Shown here: in pieces, positions 1 to 8,712 of the stretch
Position numbering within the stretch: the stretch's first letter is position 1
Layout of the letters: each line of letters opens with the position of its first letter
Assembly: GCA_902826455.1 (NCBI GenBank)
Contig: CADEEV010000005.1
Coordinates: 2,306 to 66,305, forward strand
DNA length: 64,000 nucleotides
DNA from: an uncultured Acidobacteriota bacterium
GTDB taxonomy: Bacteria > Acidobacteriota > Vicinamibacteria > Fen-336
Direction: 5' to 3'
Notes under the pieces: generated by a model
Seen by the model: the letters and a program-made list of their open reading frames with translations, nothing else
Told to the model about the DNA's origin: nothing
Databases searched by the model: none
Program-made: the position numbers and the translations under genes

Positions 1-1978
1 CCGTGCGCTTGCGGCCGGTGAAGAGGCCGATGTTCGAGAGGATGGCCGAGCCGATCGCCACCCACTTCTCGCTCTTGCGGCCCGACAGGTTCTGCTCCTC
101 GCTGGCCAGGTCGCGGCGCTTCTTCTCGAGGCGCTCCGCCAGTCTCTGGGCGGCGTCGCCGCCTCCCGCCGTCGACAGGCGCTCGGCGAAGGCGTCGGGC
201 CGCTCGCCGGGACGCGACATCGTCTTGGTCACCGGATCGAAGAAGACCGAGGCCGCGAGCTTCCCGGGAAGGCGGTCGCGCAAGGCGCGGTCCACTTCCT
301 TCGCGGCGTCGGCGTCGAACCACCCGGGGAGCTCGGCGTGCTGCAGCGACGCGGGGGCGTCGCTCGAGACCCGCGCTTCGTCGACCTCGAGGGGCTCCGC
401 GTCGAGCATCTCCGCCGCGGACGGCGCGTCGAGGGGCCAGGCCCGCACGGCGATCGTCTCGCCGGCTCCCTTGAGGCGGACCGCGTACTTCGCGAGGAGG
501 TAGGGCGTGCCTCGCTCGGCGCCGTACTTCGAGAGGTAGTTGTTCCGGTACGGGGCCGGCAGGACCGGCGGCCCGCTCACCGGCGCCCGGGCCGGCGCGG
601 CGCCGGCCGCCGCCTGGGGCCGGTCCTTCATGAGCCGACCGATGTCCTCGCGCGTGAGGGGCCCGCGCAGGTAGGACATGGCCCAGCGCGATTCGACGAG
701 GACCGGCGCGGGGCGGTGGACGTCGTGGAGCAGGAACACGCGCTTGCGGGTGCCGGCCATCAGGGCGTCGATCGCCGACGGCTCGAGGCCCGAGCCCTGC
801 AGGCCCTCGCGCAGCCGCGCCTTGTCCTGGGCGGTCTGGAGCGTCCCGACGAGCCAGGTGCCCATGTTCGCGAGCCCCTTGTAGTCGAGGTCCACGGGGT
901 TCTGGGTGGCGAGCACGACCGAGACGCCCTGAGCCCGGGCCTGCTTCAGGAGCGTCAGCAGCGGCCGCTTCGTCGGCGGGTTCGCCGAGGGCGGGAAGTA
1001 GCCGAAGATCTCGTCCATGTAGACGACGGCGCGCAGCTCGCTGGTGCCGCCCTGGGCCCGCATCCAGGTCTTGATCTTGTCGAGCAACAGCGCGGTCACG
1101 AACAGGCGCTCGGCGTCCGAGAGATGGGCGGTGTAGACCACGGAGAGCTTCGGGCGGCCGTCGGCGGTACGCAGCATGTGCGCCACGTCCAGGGGCTCGC
1201 CCTGGCGCCAGGCCTCGAAGGACGGCGCGGCGAGCAGGTTGTTGAGCGCGAGCATCAGCCCCTGGCGTTCCTTGCGGGGATAGACGCTCTCGAGGGGCAG
1301 GGCGCCGAGCTTCTCGAAGGGCGGGTCGGCGATGCCCGAGAGCAGGCTCTCCAGGGAGAGTCCCTTCCCCGCGCGCCATGCCTTCTCGATCAGGGTCGAG
1401 AGCAGGATGAACTCCCGGGACTGGAGCGGGTCCGCGTCGATGCCGAGGAGCCCGAGCAGGCCGGTGACGGCGCCCGCGATCTCGTCGCGCAGGTCGTCCG
1501 CGGCGCTGTCGAACGGGACGCTCGGCGCCTCGAGCGAGCCGAGGATATTGAGCGGCACGCCGAACGTGGCGCCGGGCGTGTAGACGACCGCGTCGCGCGA
1601 CTTGCGGAGCGCCGCGACGTCCGCCGGGCCGAGGCCCCAGCCGGCGAGCCCCTTCGTCCAGTTCGCCGCGATGTCGGCGGCGGTCTTGCCCTCGCGCTTC
1701 GTCTCGGCGTCGATCCACGGCTCGAACGACTCTGCGTCGAGGGTGTCGAACAGCAGGAGCAGGTTGCCCAGATCGCCCTTGGGGTCGACGGCGATCACGG
1801 GCACGCCGCGCCGCAGGAGCTCTTCGATCAGGACGACGGCGAGACCTGTCTTGCCCGAGCCGGTCATGCCGACGATGAAGCCGTGGGTCAGCAGGTCGTC
1901 GGGATCGAGCTCCAGCCGCTCGCCCGGCGCGGCGCCGGGCGCCGTCGCGACTCGCCCGAGATACAGGCCGCTCGCCAC
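1..1978 (-). CDS. HerA-like / DUF853 (YjgR-type) P-loop ATPase, partial: the 3' end runs off the window start
   Basis: The minus-strand translation contains the Walker A motif GMTGSGKTG and long YjgR/HerA-like conserved blocks (VVYMDEIFGYFPP, VSVVLATQNPVDLDYKGL). The in-frame start is GTG at 1978 (complement of cac 1976-1978). The track misses this gene because its stop lies outside the window. Confidence 0.7.
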   Translation of the reverse strand, partial: MASGLYLGRVATAPGAAPGERLELDPDDLLTHGFIVGMTGSGKTGLAVVLIEELLRRGVPVIAVDPKGDLGNLLLLFDTLDAESFEPWIDAETKREGKTAADIAANWTKGLAGWGLGPADVAALRKSRDAVVYTPGATFGVPLNILGSLEAPSVPFDSAADDLRDEIAGAVTGLLGLLGIDADPLQSREFILLSTLIEKAWRAGKGLSLESLLSGIADPPFEKLGALPLESVYPRKERQGLMLALNNLLAAPSFEAWRQGEPLDVAHMLRTADGRPKLSVVYTAHLSDAERLFVTALLLDKIKTWMRAQGGTSELRAVVYMDEIFGYFPPSANPPTKRPLLTLLKQARAQGVSVVLATQNPVDLDYKGLANMGTWLVGTLQTAQDKARLREGLQGSGLEPSAIDALMAGTRKRVFLLHDVHRPAPVLVESRWAMSYLRGPLTREDIGRLMKDRPQAAAGAAPARAPVSGPPVLPAPYRNNYLSKYGAERGTPYLLAKYAVRLKGAGETIAVRAWPLDAPSAAEMLDAEPLEVDEARVSSDAPASLQHAELPGWFDADAAKEVDRALRDRLPGKLAASVFFDPVTKTMSRPGERPDAFAERLSTAGGGDAAQRLAERLEKKRRDLASEEQNLSGRKSEKWVAIGSAILSNIGLFTGRKRT

Positions 1979-1985
1979 GTGCGGA

Positions 1986-1991
1986 GTATAA
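1986..1991 (+). promoter_or_regulatory. Perfect TATAAT -10 hexamer in the 23-bp gap between the divergent HerA-like and desaturase starts; leaderless-type geometry
   Basis: TATAAT sits 10 nt upstream of the desaturase ATG (2002). No convincing -35 element. Confidence 0.3.
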
Positions 1992-2001
1992 TCGCAGGTT
2001 C

Positions 2002-3012
2002 ATGAAGTCGAACCATTACTGGCAGGCCATCGGCGCCCTCAAGCGCCGCCTGCGCGAGGCCGTCCCCCATGCCGAGCTGAAGGCGCTCCACGTGAAGCGT
2101 CCCAGGGTCCACCTGGCATACGCGGCGCGCCAGTTCGGCATCGTCGCGGCCTGCAGCGTCGCGCTCTGGCACGTTGCGAACCCCTGGCTCTGGGTACCGC
2201 TCGCGATCCTCCAGGGCTTCACGTTCTTCAACATGACCACGCTGCTCCACGAGGTGGTTCACAACTCGATCGCCCCGACGCCGCGACCCCGGCTGGAACG
2301 GATCCTCGGTCTCGCCTATGCGATCACGAGCGGCATCTCGTCGTCGCAGTTCACGCGCTGGCACCTCGACCACCACGACAACCTGGGCGACGGGGACGAC
2401 GACCCCAAGCGCCATTGGCTCTCGCCGAAGCGCAACGCCCGCTGGTACAAGCTGCTCTACTGCACGCCGATCCTGATGCCGATCTACTTCCGGGCGGCGG
2501 CGCAGGAATGCCGGACCTATCCCGAGGCGCTGCGCCGGACGATCCAGCGGGAGCGGATGGCCACGATCGGGATCCAGCTCGGCGTGATGGCGCTGCTCTA
2601 CGCCTTCGGAGGCGGCTGGGGCGGCGCCGTCCTGCGCATCCAGCTCGTGCCGTACTTCGTGGTGTTCCCGATCGCGTTCACGCTGAACCGGCTCGGCCAG
2701 CACTACAACATCGACCCGACCGATCCCCTGAAGTGGTCGACGCTCATGAAGCCCAGCCTGTTCTGGGACTTCCTCTTCCTGAACTCGAACTACCACCTCG
2801 AGCACCACTACTTCCCGCGGGTGCCGTTCTACAACCTCGGGAAGCTGCACCAGCAGCTGAAGCCGTTCTACGCAGAGATCGGGCTCAAGCCGAGGACCTA
2901 CCGCGAGATCGTGTGGCAGTGGTTCGTACTGAACAAGGCTCCCCACACGAACTGGGAACTACCGGTGGTCGTCCAGCCGGTGGGTTCGGCCGAAGCCCTG
3001 CCCTCGAACTAG
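2002..3012 (+). CDS. Membrane fatty-acid desaturase
   Basis: Three histidine boxes (HEVVH, HLDHH, HLEHH) and hydrophobic segments, as in FA_desaturase-family proteins. Confidence 0.85.
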   Translation: MKSNHYWQAIGALKRRLREAVPHAELKALHVKRPRVHLAYAARQFGIVAACSVALWHVANPWLWVPLAILQGFTFFNMTTLLHEVVHNSIAPTPRPRLERILGLAYAITSGISSSQFTRWHLDHHDNLGDGDDDPKRHWLSPKRNARWYKLLYCTPILMPIYFRAAAQECRTYPEALRRTIQRERMATIGIQLGVMALLYAFGGGWGGAVLRIQLVPYFVVFPIAFTLNRLGQHYNIDPTDPLKWSTLMKPSLFWDFLFLNSNYHLEHHYFPRVPFYNLGKLHQQLKPFYAEIGLKPRTYREIVWQWFVLNKAPHTNWELPVVVQPVGSAEALPSN

Positions 3013-4742
3013 TCGAAGAGCACGAAGCCGGGGTTCAGCCGGCCATCGGGATCGTAGGTCTTCTTGGCCTTGGCGAACTCCGGCCAGCGGGGACCGAAGT
3101 AGTCGCACCAGCCGGCGGCGTCGAAGTTCACGTAGCCCGAGAGGTAGCGCTTGCCGCCCATGGCGATCGAGAGCTCGCTCGCGGCGTCGAGCTTCGGCTT
3201 GAACTGCTCCCAGAACTTCGGCGGGACGGCCGGCAGGATGCCGAAGCCGATCAGGTACTCCTCGTCCGGCGTCATGAAGTTCTTGACCTCGGATACCGAG
3301 CGGCGCGCGGGCCACAGCAGCACGTGGCCGCCGACGTTCACGCCGGGCGAGAGGTCGGGCAGGATCGCATCCAGGTACTCCGCCGCGGTCGAGTACGGGA
3401 GCACGACCTCCATCCAGGGGTGCAGGTGGTCCCAGGTGCCGAGCTTCTTCCACACGTCGAAGACGGGAACCAGGCGATTCGCGAACTCGTGGGTCGGCAG
3501 GTCGTCGACGTGGAGGTTCTGGTAGGGGCGCAGGCCCTCGAGCAGTCGCTTCTCGTCGGGCTCGTGGCCGGGCTCGAACTCGACCGTGAGGTGGAACGGG
3601 AAGAACCACTTCGCGAAGGGCTGGCGGACGCCGCCCACCCACTTGAGGCCTTGCGGGCACGGAGCGCACCAGGATTCCATGTAGTCCCAGCGACCCGAGT
3701 CCATCGCGATCTTCCCGTCCTCCATGAAGCGGCGGGCGTCGTCGTAGAGAAGGTAGTAGGTGCGCGTCATCGGCTTGGCCCTGCGCAGGCGCAGCCGGGC
3801 CTTGAGGATGATCGCGATCTGGCCGAGGCCCGAGAGCACGCCCCAGAACAGGTCGGCCTTCTCCGTGCGCGAGCAGCGGTGCACGACGCCATCGATCGTC
3901 GCGACCTCGAGCCACTCGACGTTGTCGGTCTGGGCGCCGAACTTGAAGGACGCGACGCCGATGCCCGCGATCGAGAGCGTGCCGCCGACGGCGACGGACA
4001 GGTTGTTCGTGAGCACGGGCGGGATCAGGCCGTGGCGCCAGGTGCGCGCGACGAGATCGCGCCAGAGGACGCCGGGCTCCACCGTGACCTGAGCGGCCTT
4101 CTCGTCCACGTCGAGGATGCGGTCCATCGACTTCATGTCGAGGAGCACGCCACCGCGGTTGATCGCGAGCTGGGACTGCGAGTGGGCGGCGCCGCGCGTC
4201 GAGACCGTGAGGCCGTTCCGGCGGGCGTAGGCGAGGGCCGCGAGCACGTCGTCGGCCGACACCGGCTTCACCACGACCCGGGGACGCCAGTGGTGGATGC
4301 GGCCGAAGTTCGTGACGAACTCGTCGTGGGCCTGGGGGCCGGGGAGCACGACGCCGTCGACCGTCTTGCGCAGCTCCTCGACCTCGGCCGGCGGCAGGCC
4401 TTCGTCGCCGAGGGACGGCACCGGTAATGGGGCCGGGCCGGCCGCCGCCGCAGGCCCGGGCCCGCCCTTCGCGGCGCGCTCCACGGTGTCGCGCAAGCCC
4501 TGCTCGACCTTCGACTTCATGAACGAGAGCGGGGCCTTCAGCGTCGTCGAGACGCGGATCTCGCCGGGCTTCACCTCGATGCGGCCGTCGGCGCCCATGC
4601 CGACGAGGCGGAAGACGTCGCCTTCCCAGTAGCGCTTGATCCGGCCTCCGGGAAGGCGGGTCGCGATCTCCGCGTCGATCGTCGCCTTGACGTCCGCGAC
4701 GGAGCGCGCGGTGGGGACGGAGAACTCGATGTCGGCGGCCAA
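3009..4742 (-). CDS. FAD-linked oxidase (PCMH-type FAD-binding domain) with an N-terminal extension of about 120 aa
   Basis: Conserved FAD-binding region (VVKPVSADDVLAALAYARRNGLTVSTRGAAHSQS, GGTLSIAGIGVASFKFG). The track ORF 3009..5876 is over-extended through citrate synthase. The likely start is TTG 4742, 2 nt after the citrate synthase stop. Its stop overlaps the desaturase stop (CTAG). Confidence 0.7.
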   Translation of the reverse strand: MAADIEFSVPTARSVADVKATIDAEIATRLPGGRIKRYWEGDVFRLVGMGADGRIEVKPGEIRVSTTLKAPLSFMKSKVEQGLRDTVERAAKGGPGPAAAAGPAPLPVPSLGDEGLPPAEVEELRKTVDGVVLPGPQAHDEFVTNFGRIHHWRPRVVVKPVSADDVLAALAYARRNGLTVSTRGAAHSQSQLAINRGGVLLDMKSMDRILDVDEKAAQVTVEPGVLWRDLVARTWRHGLIPPVLTNNLSVAVGGTLSIAGIGVASFKFGAQTDNVEWLEVATIDGVVHRCSRTEKADLFWGVLSGLGQIAIILKARLRLRRAKPMTRTYYLLYDDARRFMEDGKIAMDSGRWDYMESWCAPCPQGLKWVGGVRQPFAKWFFPFHLTVEFEPGHEPDEKRLLEGLRPYQNLHVDDLPTHEFANRLVPVFDVWKKLGTWDHLHPWMEVVLPYSTAAEYLDAILPDLSPGVNVGGHVLLWPARRSVSEVKNFMTPDEEYLIGFGILPAVPPKFWEQFKPKLDAASELSIAMGGKRYLSGYVNFDAAGWCDYFGPRWPEFAKAKKTYDPDGRLNPGFVLFD

Positions 4743-4744
4743 GG

Positions 4745-6076
4745 CTAGCTCCGCGCCCCGATCGGCACGTAGCCGCGGCGCTCGTGGCCGAGGAAGATCT
4801 GACGCGGCCGCGCGATCTTCTGCTCCTTGTCCTGGAGCATCTCCTCCCACTGGGCGAGCCAGCCGACCGTGCGTGGGATCGCGAAGAGCACCGGGAACAT
4901 GTCGACCGGGAAGCCCATGGCCTGATAGATGAGGCCCGAGTAGAAGTCGACGTTCGGGTAGAGCTTGCGCTTCACGAAGTACTCGTCCTGGAGCGCGATG
5001 CGCTCGAGCTCGAGGGCGATGTCCAGGAGCGGGTTGCGGCCCGTCACCTCGAAGACCTGGTCGGCGCACTGCTTGATGTACTTCGCGCGCGGGTCGTAGT
5101 TCTTGTAGACGCGGTGGCCGAAGCCCATGAGCCGCACGTCGCCGCCGCTCTCCTTCACTTCCTTGATGAAGGCCGGCACCTTCTCCTTGGAGCCGATCTC
5201 CTGGAGCATGCGCAGCACCTGCTCGTTGGCGCCGCCGTGGAGCGGCCCGTAGAGCGCCGCGATCGCGGCTCCGGTCGAGGAGTACGGATCGGACTCCGAC
5301 GAGCCGACGCCGCGCATCGCCGAGGTCGAGCAGTTCTGCTCGTGGTCCGCGTGGAGGATGAACAGGATCTCGAGAGCGCGCTCGAGCACCGGGTTCACCT
5401 TGAACTTCACCTCGGTCATCTTGAACATCATCTGCAGGAAGTTCCCGCAGTAGCCGAAGTCGTTGTCGGGGTACGCGAATGGCATGCCGACCGTGTGGCG
5501 GTGGGCGAAGGCCGCGAGGGTCGGCATCTTCGCGATGAGCCGCACGATCTGCTTGCGACGGTTCCCGGGATCCTGGATGTGCTTGGCCTCGGGGTAGTAC
5601 GTGGAGAGCGCCGAGACCATGGACATGAGCATGCCCATCGGATGGGCGTCGTAGCGGAACGCCACGAGCAGGTTCTTCACGTTCTCGTGGATGATCGTGT
5701 GGTGGATGATGTCGTCCGACCACGCGTCGTACTGCCCCTTCGTGGGCAGCTCGCCGTTCAGGAGCAGGTAGGCGGTCTCGAGGTAGTTGCTGTGCTGCGC
5801 GAGCTCCTCGATGGGATAGCCGCGGTAGTTGAGGACCCCCTTGTCCCCGTCGATGAACGTGATGCGGCTCTTGCACGACGCGGTGTTCGTGAAGGCCGGG
5901 TCGTACGTCATGAGCCCGAAGTCGTCGTCGGAGGCCTTGATCTTCCGGAGGTCGAGGGCCTTGATCGTGCCGTTCTCGATCGGAAGCTCGTAACTCTTCC
6001 CGGTGCGGTTGTCGGTGATGCTCAGCGAGTTATTGCTCAACGCTTTCAGGCCTCCGGGGGGTCCCGCGGGCGACAC
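4745..6076 (-). CDS. gltA: Citrate synthase (type II)
   Basis: Near-collinear with E. coli GltA; carries the signature MGFGHRVYKNYDPRA. GTG start at 6076. Confidence 0.95.
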   Translation of the reverse strand: MSPAGPPGGLKALSNNSLSITDNRTGKSYELPIENGTIKALDLRKIKASDDDFGLMTYDPAFTNTASCKSRITFIDGDKGVLNYRGYPIEELAQHSNYLETAYLLLNGELPTKGQYDAWSDDIIHHTIIHENVKNLLVAFRYDAHPMGMLMSMVSALSTYYPEAKHIQDPGNRRKQIVRLIAKMPTLAAFAHRHTVGMPFAYPDNDFGYCGNFLQMMFKMTEVKFKVNPVLERALEILFILHADHEQNCSTSAMRGVGSSESDPYSSTGAAIAALYGPLHGGANEQVLRMLQEIGSKEKVPAFIKEVKESGGDVRLMGFGHRVYKNYDPRAKYIKQCADQVFEVTGRNPLLDIALELERIALQDEYFVKRKLYPNVDFYSGLIYQAMGFPVDMFPVLFAIPRTVGWLAQWEEMLQDKEQKIARPRQIFLGHERRGYVPIGARS

Positions 6077-6111
6077 TACATCCGCCGCGACGGCCGGTCA
6101 ACAAGTTCGCG

Positions 6112-6828
6112 TCAGGACTCGAGGGAGCGGTAGAGAGCGATCATCTCGGCCGGCTTTCCCTCGCCCCGCACGGCTCCTTTGTGGAGCACCACGAGCCGGT
6201 CGCACAGTCCCTCGAGCAGCGCCATCTCGTGGCTCACGAAGAGCGCCGTGTCTCCCCTGTCGCGCCGGCGTCGGAGCTCCGCGACGCAGCGCTCGCGGAA
6301 CGCCTCGTCGCCGACGGCCAGCGCCTCGTCGATCAGGAGCACCGGTGCCTCGGAGCGCAAGGCGACGCCGAAGGCGAGACGCATCCGCATGCCGGTCGAC
6401 AGGTTCTCGAGATGGGCGTCCGCGAAGCGCTCGAGGCCGGCCGCGGCCACGATCGCGTCGGCGTCGGCCAGCAGCGTGCGCCGCGGGATGCCGAGGACGA
6501 CGCCGTAGAGCAGCACGTTGTCGAGGACGCTCAGGGTGCCGTGGAAGCCGACGCCCAGCTCGAGGATCGGAGCCATGCGGCCCGTGACGCGGACCGTGCC
6601 TTCGCTCGGCGGGTAGATGCCGGCGACGACCCGGATCAGCGTCGACTTGCCGGAGCCATTGCGGCCCAGCAACCCGACGAACTCGCCGCTCGCCACGCGC
6701 AGCGAGACGTCCTTGAGGGCGTGGAACGTCTCGTAGGTGTAGCGCCCCTCCGCGAGCCAGCGCCCGAGGCTGCGGCGGCGCTGGTGCGGCACCCGGAACA
6801 CCTTCGAGACGCCGGCGACCTCGATCAC
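6112..6828 (-). CDS. ABC transporter ATP-binding protein (Wzt/TagH/KpsT-like, nucleotide-binding domain only)
   Basis: Walker A GRNGSGKST, ABC signature LSTGMRMRL, Walker B VLLIDE. The GTG start overlaps the permease stop (GTGA). Track ORF 6112..7155 is over-extended. Confidence 0.85.
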   Translation of the reverse strand: MIEVAGVSKVFRVPHQRRRSLGRWLAEGRYTYETFHALKDVSLRVASGEFVGLLGRNGSGKSTLIRVVAGIYPPSEGTVRVTGRMAPILELGVGFHGTLSVLDNVLLYGVVLGIPRRTLLADADAIVAAAGLERFADAHLENLSTGMRMRLAFGVALRSEAPVLLIDEALAVGDEAFRERCVAELRRRRDRGDTALFVSHEMALLEGLCDRLVVLHKGAVRGEGKPAEMIALYRSLES

Positions 6829-7590
6829 AGCGCCTCGGGGATGCTCGGCTGCCGCCTGACGAACATGTAGAGACCCAGGGCGAACACGCCCGCGCAGAAA
6901 AGCACCGTGAGCGCCATGAAGCGCGTGGCCGGGAAGAACTGCGAGGTCAGGAACCAGCGGATCAGGTAGATGCAGCGGGCGATCGGGTTCAGATACAGCA
7001 CCTCGGCCAGCGCCTCGGACTCCACGGGGTACACGATCGGGGTCATCCAGAACAACGCCTGGAGCGCCGTGTGCCACATAAGGCCCATGTCGCGGAAGTG
7101 CACGTAGAACAAGGCCACGAAGAAGCCGATGCCGGAGGCGAGCAGCGCCAGGCACACGATCGGCAGGATCGCGAAGGGCGACAGGTGCGAGAGCGAGCCG
7201 CGCAGGGCCAGCACGATCACGAGCAGCACGGTGTTGATCGCGAGGGTGATGAGGGTCGCGATCATGCCCGACGCGACCACGACCACCGCCGGCAACGGAA
7301 CGGCCCGGAGCACGCCCGCCTTGCGTGTGAGGGCGTTCAGCCCCGAGAAGGTGCAGTCCTGGAAGAACGCCCAGAACACGACGCCGACGAGCACGTACGT
7401 CTCGTAGCCGCGCCCCCGGACGCCCAGGATGTGGCGGAACACAGTCACGTAGATCACGAGCATGACGACCGGGCTCAGGAGCCCCCAGGCGTAGCCCAGG
7501 ATCGAGTCGTTGTACTTCAGGCGGAAGTCGCTGATCGCGACCTCGCGCACGATGTCGAAGAGCTGCGCGCGGTCACGCCAGGGATGCATA
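6825..7590 (-). CDS. ABC-2 type transporter permease (Wzm-like)
   Basis: Six hydrophobic segments typical of ABC-2 family membrane proteins. ATG start at 7590 (MHPWRDRAQLFDIV...). The upstream part of track ORF 6825..7811 is Arg/Ser-rich junk. Confidence 0.8.
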
Positions 7591-8712
7591 CAGGGTCTCC
7601 ATGGCGCGGGTGTACTGCGGCCGATCGTATCGCATCGCGGCGCGGGCCCGGCCGGCAGCCGCCAGGCGTGCGCGCAGATCCGGGTCCTCGAGAAGGCGCA
7701 CGACCGCCGCCGCGAGGGATGCCGGGTCGCCGGTGCGGAAGTGCAGCCCCGAAGCGCCGTCCTCGACGATCTCGGCGGGACCGCCGGAGTCGGAGACGAC
7801 GACCGCGACACCCAGGGCCATCGCCTCGACGACCACGAGCCCGAAGGGCTCCCGAACGGAGGGGCACACGACGACGTCGCACGCCGCCATCACGGCGGCC
7901 ACGTCGGGCACGAAGCCGGTGACGCGCACGGCGCCCTCGAGGCCAAGCGTCTTTCGCAGCGCCAGCACCCGGTCGCGAAGACGCCCCACGTGAGGCAGCA
8001 CGGCCGCGTTGAGGGCTCCGCCCACGATCGCGAGCTCGGCGTCGGGCCGGCGCGCGCGCACCTGCTGCGCCGCGCGGAGGAACGTGTCGTGGCCCTTCAT
8101 CGTGTCGAAGCGGGCGAACATGGCGACCAGGGGCGCACCGCTCGCGACCTGGAGCTGTTCCCGAACCGCGGCGCGCTCCGTCGCGGGCTCGGGCGCCGCG
8201 ATGCCCACGGGCACGACGCTGCAGCGTGGAAGGATCTCGGGGGCCGTGCGGGAGAGCTCCTGGCGCTGCGCCTCGGAGAAGACGACGATGCGGTCGACCC
8301 GCCGGGCGAGCCAGCGGAAGAGGGCGCGCCGCGCGGCGCCGCCGGCGTAGTTCGCCTGGTATAGCAGACGCACGCTCTCGGGCAGGGTCAGGCCGAGGAT
8401 CAGGCCGAGCACGTCGCCCGTCTGGAGCACGCGAACCTGACGCGCCGCGGCGAGCTCGCGGAGCTCGCGCGCGGCTCGCGCGGCCTGCGAGATCACCCAC
8501 GGCAGCGTGAGGTTCCACAGCGACAGGGCCGGAAACGGGATGACGCGGCACTCGACTCCCGCCTCGCGCAGGCGGGCGACGAGGGGCCCGTCGCTCGCGA
8601 CCACCACCAGCGGCGGGAAGCGGGACCGGTCGAGGCCGGCGAGCAGGTGCAGCAGGGCGTTCTCCGCCCCGCCCATCTCCGCGTAGAGGTGGAGGTAGAG
8701 GACGGGCGTCAA
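7573..8712 (-). CDS. Glycosyltransferase family 1 (GT4-like)
   Basis: N-terminus YLHLYAEMGGAENALL and C-terminal GT1 motifs (FVPDVAAVMAACDVVVCPSVREPFGLVVVEAMALGVAVV). The TTG start overlaps the upstream gene's stop (TTGA). Confidence 0.8.
   Translation of the reverse strand: MTPVLYLHLYAEMGGAENALLHLLAGLDRSRFPPLVVVASDGPLVARLREAGVECRVIPFPALSLWNLTLPWVISQAARAARELRELAAARQVRVLQTGDVLGLILGLTLPESVRLLYQANYAGGAARRALFRWLARRVDRIVVFSEAQRQELSRTAPEILPRCSVVPVGIAAPEPATERAAVREQLQVASGAPLVAMFARFDTMKGHDTFLRAAQQVRARRPDAELAIVGGALNAAVLPHVGRLRDRVLALRKTLGLEGAVRVTGFVPDVAAVMAACDVVVCPSVREPFGLVVVEAMALGVAVVVSDSGGPAEIVEDGASGLHFRTGDPASLAAAVVRLLEDPDLRARLAAAGRARAAMRYDRPQYTRAMETLYASLA

Noticed and set aside
3-2005. Plus-strand ORFs 3..503 and 338..2005
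   Set aside because: They are antisense to the HerA-like ATPase, whose minus-strand translation contains the Walker A motif and long conserved blocks. The plus-strand products are Arg/Gly-rich without motifs.
6003-6587. 194-aa Arg-rich plus-strand ORF overlapping the citrate synthase start and the ABC ATPase
   Set aside because: More than 35% Arg plus Pro/Ala. It is antisense to two well-supported genes.
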